Of a stretch of 64,000 nucleotides of DNA, positions 40,771-49,900 are shown piece after piece. A model generated the notes under the pieces. It ran no database searches. It saw only the letters and a program-made list of their open reading frames with translations, and was not told the origin of the DNA. Source of the stretch: Fimbriosthenelais zetlandica (Eukaryota); assembly GCA_977030845.1 (NCBI GenBank), contig OZ365113.1, forward strand, positions 39,556,001-39,620,000. Reading direction: 5' to 3'. The position numbers were made by a program, and so were the translations under genes. The stretch's first letter is position 1; each line of letters opens with the position of its first letter.

Positions 40771-43700
40771 TTACATGCTGTTAACGCATCCACCATCTTC
40801 ATGTTTCAAAAGCAATGAATTCCGTGAGAATGACTTTGAACAGTTTCTGCAGTTGTACTTCTTAATGTCTGTGTGTGTCTGGAGGTGGGCCCTCAGGTTG
40901 GACCTGTCAGCAAATGACCTTCCACAGTGACTACACTGGAAGGGCTTTTCACCTGTATGTGTTCTCACATGACCCTGGAGGAGCCAGGGCCTGGAGAAGG
41001 CCTTACCACACAGGTGACACTTACAGGGCAGGGTGTGGGTGCGGATGTGCATCTTCAAAGCTCCCAAACTCACATAGGTTTTGGGACAGTACTTACAGCT
41101 GAACTCTTTCTTAATAGTAGCTGTGCAATGAAACTGCTTGTGCTTAGACAGACCGCCATGAGTTGCATAACTCTTTTTGCATGCATCACATTGATATCGT
41201 GGTGGGTCATTTTCCCTGCTCTTCTTAGTAACCACTGCTCTGAAATCTGCCATATCCAGTGGGACATTCTCAATGCCCCAGGGGATCTTCGGCTTGATGC
41301 GCTCTCCATCTGTATCATCATCTTTCCATGATTTACTACCATTGCTGTCTTTGATGGCAGCCATATTGATGTGCGAGTTATGGCCGACATAGCCAGGGGC
41401 TACTGCATGGTACCTGCTCTCATATTGTCCTTTCTGGTAATCAGAGACCCGTGGTTCACTGATTTTCTGGGCGAGGGGAGCATTGGTGGAGGGAGACAGA
41501 CGCTCTGTGAGGAAGGATGGGATGGGTGGTGGAGGTTGGGGAGGAGATGGAGGAGACAGTCTTTGGTATCCTGGAGAAGAAGCTGGATCCAAGTCAGGAG
41601 ATGTCATTGCCAGGAAGGCTTCTGACCCGACAGAGGACGAGCTTCTGTGTGGTGTGTGTGGGAACCCCGGGGCCATTCTTGAGGCGTCCATGTATTGTTC
41701 TTTGGGAGAAACCTGTCGGTTTTGATCAAAAGGATAGGGGATAGACCGAGAAGGCTCCCGGGGCAATGAAGCTTCCTGAGGCAGAGCGGATTCTTGTTTT
41801 ATATCACGTATTTTGTAATGACCTGCAGGGGAAAACCTGCTTCGGTCCTGATGTGGAGGTAAATCAGGCGAGAGACTGAGCATGTTGTGATATGAAGGAG
41901 GGCTAGGGAAAGGCCTGTAGGATCTCTCTCCATAGAACCTTTCCTCATATGTCCCACTAGTGCCATAAACGTCTTCAAAATGAAGAGGTTCCATTTCCCT
42001 GTGTGGGGCCCATATTCTGGATCTGCCATACTGGGCATGGGTAGTCGAGTAGGGAGGAAGTCCATGAGGGGAACGCGTTTGTGGTATCGGCCTGGATGTT
42101 GTAGGTGACCTTGGCCTCAGTGGTGATCTTGACCTCAGCGGAGACCTTGACCTCAATGGTGACCTTGTGAGAGATGGCCTTGACATTAGAGGTGATCTTG
42201 ACCTTGGTGGGGATGAATGCCTTATTGGTGACCGTGAAGGGAAACTTGGTTGAATGCCTTGTGAAGGGAAACTTGGTTGAATGCCTTGTGAAGGGAAACT
42301 TGGTTGAATGCCTTGTGAAGGGAAACTTGGTTGAATGCCTTGTGCTGGGGGCGGGGATGGATAGTGAACCACCTCCCCGGGTGTTTTCTCAATGGTGATC
42401 TTAGTTCCATTCCTGGTAGATGTTATGTAACCAATAGCTTTCAGACCACTGGAGGCAGGTACTGCAGGTGACCGGTAACAGGCCATTTTCTCTGGCTCCA
42501 GGGCAGCGTCCGGAGATGTTTTTCCCATGCCTTGGATGCTGAAGGCTGCAGGTACAAGCCCCTGAGGGGGCGTTAACTTCAGGTTCACGCTGTCGTTCCC
42601 ATACCTTCCTTCTCTGCTTTCCTCTGATCTTCCACCTGAAAATCACAAGAACAAAACCATCAGGTGAGTCAGTACAAAGGACGGGACACTTGTAACAAGG
42701 CTTGGCAGGTGATGCCGTCAAAGACAAGGCCTCTTGGATGGAGGCTATGCTTCCAGCCATTAGCATTATTAGCGCCTCGAGACCTTTCTCAAATTTGTGA
42801 ATTTTCTTCAGGCACTTATTCAAGGAATTTCGGCATCGGATTCATTGTTGTTTCTTTTGATGATCTAATTTGCATTTATTTTTGCCAATGGGTACTACAA
42901 GTTTCTCTTGATAGTAAAAGATTTTAAGATGCTTGAAGGACTCTGGTTTTATATGAATAATTAATGGGAAATAATGTGATTTGATGAAATGGTCAAATGC
43001 ACTTAAAGTTGACCTACGTAGGCCTGCCTACTAAAAGAGTTGAACCTTTTCCATTTTAGTTTGGCTCATAACTACTTAAAACCCAGATATTATCAAATCA
43101 GTGTATTTTATGAGTGATCTATGGAGAGTTTCCAAGTCTACTTGGTTCAGACCAACTACACTAGGTGGCAGGATGTGTCCGCGGAAGGCTAGCCCTCCAC
43201 CTGAATGTAAATGAGTGAGGGATACTCGGGTAGTCGGTGAGGAAGGGACTGGGAGCCAGGTCTCTGCAATGTTATGTTCTAAATACCACCCCCCCCCCCC
43301 CTCCTATCAAACCCCATCCCCTCACTCCACCACCCTCCCCCATCACCTGACGGGGTAGGGTAGGAAATGGTCACACTTGAGCAATTTTATCCCCTGCTTA
43401 AACCTGGCGTCAGTCAAGAGGAACCAGACAATGGGGCCTGGAAATAGTAATGACCGGTCACTGAAAGGGCCAGGAATAAACCAGGAACAGTGGTTTTGTT
43501 ACACCGGGGGAACCCTATAAGCCCCTTTACTGATCTTTGTAATACAAAAATTATGGCATAAATAATAAATAAAATAAAAAATGAAATTATTTTTTCCTAT
43601 ACAGGAGAGAAAGTTATCATATAGATTGAAGCTGGCTCTATAATGACATTACACATGTAGTCTCAGGGATCTCCGCCCCCCCCCCCAACCAGTAGGCCTA

Positions 43701-44203
43701 CAAATGTCTTTTTTCAGTGACTGTTGTTGACTGTGTATTTGAATTTGAATCACTTTCATTACTTTGAAAAATCTTGTTTAAAAGACATTATTATGTTTTG
43801 GCGAATATGATCATCAAGATTTGAAAAGTATGATTATGGAGTATAATGCATTATGGATTTAAAATCAATGGTATAAGGGAATAAGCTCACCTTGAATTTC
43901 TCGGGGATCCCTGTTCTCTACGTCCCATGACTGGTTATAGTCTGTCCAGGTTTTCGCTGCCACATCTGTCTCATCATATCCATGTATGGAGGGCCCTGAC
44001 TTCATACATAATGGTGAATCAATCCTAGATTCTTCCTTAACTTCTTCACGTGGAGGCGATGCTGGGGGTGGGGTGGATGGTTCTATAAGAATCACTTTGT
44101 TTGGCACCTGATTTTCAGTAATCACTCCTGTATTCTGTCCTGGAGGTGAGCCCCCAAAGCCACGCTTTGGTCCACGCTTCTTAACAAGGAAGGCGCGTGG
44201 CAT
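40771..44203 (-). CDS. snail: Snail-family zinc-finger transcriptional repressor, paralog C; complement(join(40771..42635,43891..44203)), 725 aa
   Basis: CAAG-ATG at 44203 encodes [13 protein letters not shown]. Donor CAAG|GTGAGC (intron from 43890). Acceptor TTGTTCTTGTGATTTTCAG| ending at 42636. The phase-1 junction gives GGT, then [19 protein letters not shown], open and in frame with ORF 40771..42588. 313+1865=2178 nt. Five Snail-type fingers at 40786..41196. Confidence 0.94.
40786..41196 (-). other. Five-finger Snail zinc-finger array of paralog C
   Basis: [24 protein letters not shown] ... [15 protein letters not shown]; offset 20892 from the paralog B array. Confidence 0.95.
42234..42344 (-). 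repeat. Coding 27-bp minisatellite x4 in paralog C, encoding (QGIQPSFPS)4
   Basis: Four exact GTGAAGGGAAACTTGGTTGAATGCCTT units, frame-preserving. Confidence 0.95.
42636..43890 (-). other. Phase-1 GT-AG intron of paralog C (1255 bp)
   Basis: GTGAGC donor, TTTTCAG acceptor, in-frame junction. Confidence 0.88.
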
Positions 44204-46892
44204 CTTGACAAATTATAATTCCTAATGAACAACAGAATAATTATCACTGGTTCTCTCGTTTTCCTGTAAAATGTCCATTTACCTAAGTCTGTTATTAAGA
44301 GGTAAGTCCATTGCTTTGGATAGTAGTGGAGATAGGATGTTTTCTCGGAAGATGTTGAATACAAGGAGCGAGGAAGCCATTAGATGAATTGGTGTAAAAT
44401 GGGAAGACTCATCAACTCTCTTAGGTCCTCCCTCTCTCTCCGAGTCCTTCGATCCTGGTAGTGCCTGTGGCTCCAGGTGTGCAGGTCGGTCACCGGCTTG
44501 ATATACTCCTCCTCTGCGGTCAACTTCTTTCATACATCATCCAGAGAGTGACCACTCAAAACTGACTATCACTCAACTTAACTAATAGAGCTCACACACG
44601 TCGCGCCTTAAGTTCACTATATGTGACTTTACTTTTTTGTGTGTGTCCGAGCAAAAGTAACTTTGCTTATGATATAGACACTCAATTTCTCTGGAAAACT
44701 TAATGAGGAATTGGGATATCAAAGAAGGTCCTTTCACTCCGAATATGAGAAAATGAAGATATCCAATCAATCCAATTGATGGCTATTGATTTGTTGACTA
44801 AAACAAATAAATCCTTCTGATGTTATTCCCGACGTATAGCTGTTTCCTATCAACATAGACCGTTGCCACTGATTTGGTTAATAATTAGCTAGTAATTAAC
44901 AAGGGAGAAGACGGAAGCAGCACCTCTCCATATCACGCTTCATCGCGACTGAGGGCCACTGCCACCATATCTCAACGTTAAATTAGTGTCCCCGCCACTT
45001 TCCTACATCTGCCCTCCTCCCAAACCCAATCCTGCTATCTCAGCCTTAAAATCGATAGCCAAGACCGACCGATCAGCCAATAGGAAGGCTGCTTACATTG
45101 GGTGCGGGGCATGCACCAGCTGGCATGGCCCGTGGACCAGAAAGTTTTGCACAATCTGAGGCATTGTGTTCCGCATGGGCAGATGTTGTGATCGGAAATT
45201 GGGGTGTGGTGGGGGATGAGGATGGGGAGTTCAGTAGTTCTTGTGGTGTGAAGGGAGAGCTTTCAGGCATGCACTGGTGAACTTGCAATGAACTGACGCT
45301 AATTAATGGAGTTTTCCTTCTTAATTGGCTTATGAGGAAGTTTTATTTATATAAATTTATATCAGAATAACGGAATAATGAAACAATATTGAAAGAATAT
45401 TGAAGCTCCTTGCATGTACTCATGGTACAGAACCAGTCAAGGATCATATGCGAAGGTATCCGGATAAACTTGCCATTATTTCCAGCCATATATGCAGAAA
45501 TTTCTTTTCTGGTCACATTTGCAGGCCTAGATATATAGACGTAAATAACCAAGTCTGTCACATGTAACAAAATGCCATTAGATCAATATTACAACTTCGC
45601 ACAGCTCAATTCCGCAATGAAAAAGGACGAGGAGCGCAATAAAAAAAGAAAGAGGCGGGCGTTTTCCCGTGAAGCAAGAGGCTGAGAGGCAATGATGCCA
45701 GACCTGCCACTAGACCTGCCAGTGCCACCGCCTGGCCGACCCAGGCAGGTGCTGGAGCCGAGATACAACAGTTGGGAGGGAGAAAAGCAAGGTTCCATTC
45801 GATGGCATGTGCAATTCCACCCAACCATGCCGTCTGCCGATACACGTGCCGCGAAACCTGGCGCTCTATTGTTTGTTCCTGGCATTCCTCGAACCCATTG
45901 TGTACTTTCCCCATCACCTGGCTCCCATTGCCTTATCCCCCCACTCTTATCCCCTACCAGACCCTGCCTTTGCTATGGCCCTTTCTTCATATACTACACC
46001 CTAAACATTGCATTTAGCTCCACAAACGAGCGAGTGCGTGTGTGTGCATTGATACTATAGAGGGCTCTCTTTATCAGCCAAGTCAAAACTATAGGAGATT
46101 CTCCATCCAATTCTTTGTCTTTCAAATTCTGACTTCACATATTTGAGCATACAAAGATGAAATGTCACAAGTCACCCATATCTGATGCCATGTAAGTCAT
46201 ACAGTTGATAAATGGAGGAGATATCTCTTTGAGGTTTTCATATTGAAAGGTTAGGTGCATGATAAGGTGATAAGGTTTTAATGAAAAACAAAAAGCTGAT
46301 TGCATAGTCAGATCATCAAAAGAGAAGTATGTATTGCTCAAAGGTTTAAAAGTCAAATGGTATCTACAAAGGTCTTTCTTTTAAACATATTGTTTGCTAT
46401 TGCTCAGTTTGTTTGTCTCAAGCGGTTAGGTAAAAAGACATTCATCCCCCGTTTGTCGGAGGAATAGGGCATTTTCAATCACTAAATTTTCTCTATTCAG
46501 TTCTTTTGTGTAGCACATATGGCCCTTTCAAGTCAGCCGGGATGCACGTTCATGTATGTATTACACACGAGGCGATATATTTCACTTGTATGAAAATGCC
46601 TCTCTAGATCGAAATGCAATATACATGTATACTGCCTTAGATCCTTTCCTTGTAGTAAAACCAAGATATTTGGGCGTAGGATTAAAGATTTGTAGGATGG
46701 ATCTTTTTAGAATCATCAGAATCCTCTCGCCTTTAGAGAAGTGTGCAAGAAATGTAAGAAGACCATTCCATGATAGAGAACCAACAAACCTGTCTGGAAG
46801 TTTTAATTGGGTCTCTGATGTCATTCCTCTGGTGGCCAGTTAGAAACCTGTTACACAGGCCTGCACGCTTTTCCGGGTCACGATATGGGAAA

Positions 46893-46999
46893 ACCTCCAT
46901 GCAGCCATGCCAGTGACACCTCCATGCAGCCATGCCAGTGACACCTCCATGCAGCCATGCCAGTGACACCTCCATGCAGCCATGCCAGTGACACCTCCA
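46893..46999. repeat. 25-bp minisatellite ACCTCCATGCAGCCATGCCAGTGAC x4.3
   Basis: Four exact copies plus 7 nt, about 2.7 kb upstream of the paralog C start codon. Confidence 0.95.
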
Positions 47000-49900
47000 G
47001 TTTTTGATGGATCTGTATCCTTCATGGTTACACACTCCATGCAATAAAATGAAGGACTCAAAACTCATTGCAGCAAAAAAAATATTGCCTTGAAAAAACA
47101 CAAAAATTATCAAAGAATGACATAAGCAAAAGAAGAAATAGTCAGTATGTGGGCCAAGCAATAGTACTTTGCGAAAGGTCGGAGACAGTGAAAATTGGAC
47201 ATAATGAATGAATGAAGTTTCCTCTGATTGTTTAGAAGCTTGAGATGTTCGTGTAGCTCTGTCTCTATTTCTCTTCTTGGCTTCCTTTAAATCTCCCAGA
47301 GAATCAATCACTCTGCTGATTGCATCTTGTTGAAGCTGTCACCTCTAGTGTCGGTGACAGGCACTAGAGGTCAGGAGTGTTGCTTCCCAACATGCCATGA
47401 GATCCACATCAAAGCTGATGTCCTCTGTTTATGAAAAGGGAGAGAAGGACGTGTGGGCTCCTTCTACAACCCTCACACATCTACCCAAGATGTGGCCTTC
47501 AGTAAGGCAGGCGAGGGAGGAGAAATTCAAGGAATTCTCTCTAAGGCATGTTTGGCTTATCTGGCTAACAAAAGTAAATGCTGACGACCTGGCATTGCTT
47601 TTAGCGCCAAAGCAATATATTTTGTTTTCTGTTCATAAATTCAAGTCAGGTTGACATGATAATAAATGTTTCAAGATCAGGTTACCACTGGCAATCAATG
47701 GATGGGCCTTTACTAATGGGTTAGGCAAGAGGCTGCTGCCATCCCCTGATATAGTTAACTTGATGCCGTGATGACACCTTGCTCATCAGGAAGAGTACAA
47801 TGGCCTGTGATGATCGATAACATCACGACAATTAGCACTTCTCTATAATTGATTCATCCAACTTGGTGGGATGCGAAAAGCCTATGATTAGGCTTTGTGT
47901 ATGTTTGTAACGTAATCATGTGTGTAGGGCTATTGATTTATAACTGATCATGGTTTTAGTAACAGCTGATTGGAAATGAAGGCAAGGTGATTGCTGTTCA
48001 TGAAGCATGGTTCTATATGTATAAGTAGGAAGACAAAACGATGGTCAGCTGGACTTACATTCCATTGACTGAACCATTAACTGTCTGTCAATGTCAATAA
48101 AGGTGAAATAGCATATTATAATGACATTTTGGAGACTACCTACATGGTTTTTCTAAATTTCCCTTGACTGTGCATAGTCTGAGACATTCTCTATAGACTG
48201 CCATGTAGAAAACACCATTGTCACTTGTTAAGGGCGAACCTAAACAGGTTGTGACAGAATATGACAGGGATCGATACACTAACTCAATCACAAACACTGA
48301 CAGTTGGTCTCCACCCCCAACCTCCTCTCCCCACCCCACCCAGCCAACATAATCAGCTCTCTGCAGCTTCCCTTATTTAGTGCCTCATTACATTATCTAA
48401 CAATTACATTAACCCTAAACTTAGTTATTAGTAAATATGGGTAATGAATGGCATGTTCTCTCTCCTTTTGGGTCTGTCATCAGCGAGACGACCTAGAATG
48501 CAGGAATGTTTTCTGATGAAGAGAAAGCAGTGGGGTTACTAATAAAATGAAGATACTTAAGAAACGTGCAGTCCATTGACATTTATTGCAAGAAAAATTA
48601 TCAATTTGACTTTGACTTGCCAGTACAGGTATTCCAAAATTGCCATTGCTCTACTTGAATAGTTCAGGCAGTGTGGTATAGATGGCGAGGGAGGGGTGCC
48701 ATTCGCCTCAGGGAGCTCATTGGTCCGGTCATCTATTTTTTGTCTTCGGGCAAGAAACACATGCTTTAATAGTGGTTCCTGGTGCTCCAGGGGAGACTGA
48801 GAGACAGCCGAGACGCCAGCTGGCTGGAGAATGATGTCTTATAGACAACCATCTGCAACTTACTCTATATTTTGCGCAGTGAAATTTTGGCGTCATGATT
48901 CTTTCCATATTCCCCAATATTTATTTCAATTTCATTCTTATTTCAACTGGTTAATATGTAACAAATGGAATGGCGAAAACAGACTTTTTGAGAAACAACT
49001 TATTTTGGTGTAACCATTTAAGTCGGAAGGGAAATCACCAAAATTACGATGCCAGACGCACCTTATCTTTAAACACATTTCCCCTATTAAAAATCTTCCC
49101 TGCTACCTGGCCAGGAACAGAAGGTGCATGTCCGTGCAGTCTAATTAAGGTCATTTATATTAGGCGGGAGCTGAGGGCACTTTATCAAAATAACACTGTC
49201 CCCACACACGTGCCATACCTGTAGAATATGACAAAAACCTCCAAGGCATTACAGATTTGTGCCAAGATATTACTAAATAATAAATCAGGATACCTTTATT
49301 ACGATTGTTGATTTAATACTATATCGGTTGGCCATTTTTACAAAAGTCTTATGAAACATTTTTAGTATTAGTAGGCCTATATAATATTGGAAATATTAAA
49401 TCTGTCGCCTGGATCATTCGTCATTTTCTATACTACTAATATATATCAACCTCCAATGAAAGTCTAGATTATGTAATACAAAACTAGCTTATTCAAGGTT
49501 CCCTTGAGGAATTTGACATAACAGTATACAGGACTTGCCCAGGGGAAATACACAGGAAAATAAAAAAAAATCTTAGAAGAAAAACATTGTATATTAATTG
49601 TTTGATTTAAGATTTTAGGACGCCTTTTATACATTTACATAACCTTTTTTTTCATAACTAAAATCTGCATATCTTAAACAGGCTCCGACCTCCAGGTGTT
49701 CTCACACTTGTTTAAATACTTCACTGAATCTGAATTTAGAAATATTGTCAACAATTATATTGTTAGTAACCATAGATTTAGTTGTCTGAGATGGTGGAAA
49801 AATGGCAAAGATAGACGCGCACGCGTCGGTGGCCGGGGGGCAGGTGAGGCAGACGTTTCACCGGAACACCACCTTACACACGAGGGGAAGCTTTATCTTG

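Noticed and set aside
2973-41102. Near-identical plus-strand ORFs MSGG(E/G)[15 protein letters not shown]... at 2973..3170, 19983..20210 and 40875..41102
   Set aside because: Antisense shadows of the zinc-finger exons; their similarity follows from the homogenised sense-strand DNA.
2851-44203. Assignment of any copy as Scratch, or to named orthologs (Snail1/2, Slug, escargot, worniu)
   Set aside because: ZF1 is Snail-type ([10 protein letters not shown]) and no Scratch domain is seen. Finer orthology needs phylogenetics and is confounded by conversion.
46733-47311. 192-aa minus-strand ORF with repeated WRCHWHGCMEVSLAWLHGG
   Set aside because: Produced by the 25-bp minisatellite; no domain or splice support.
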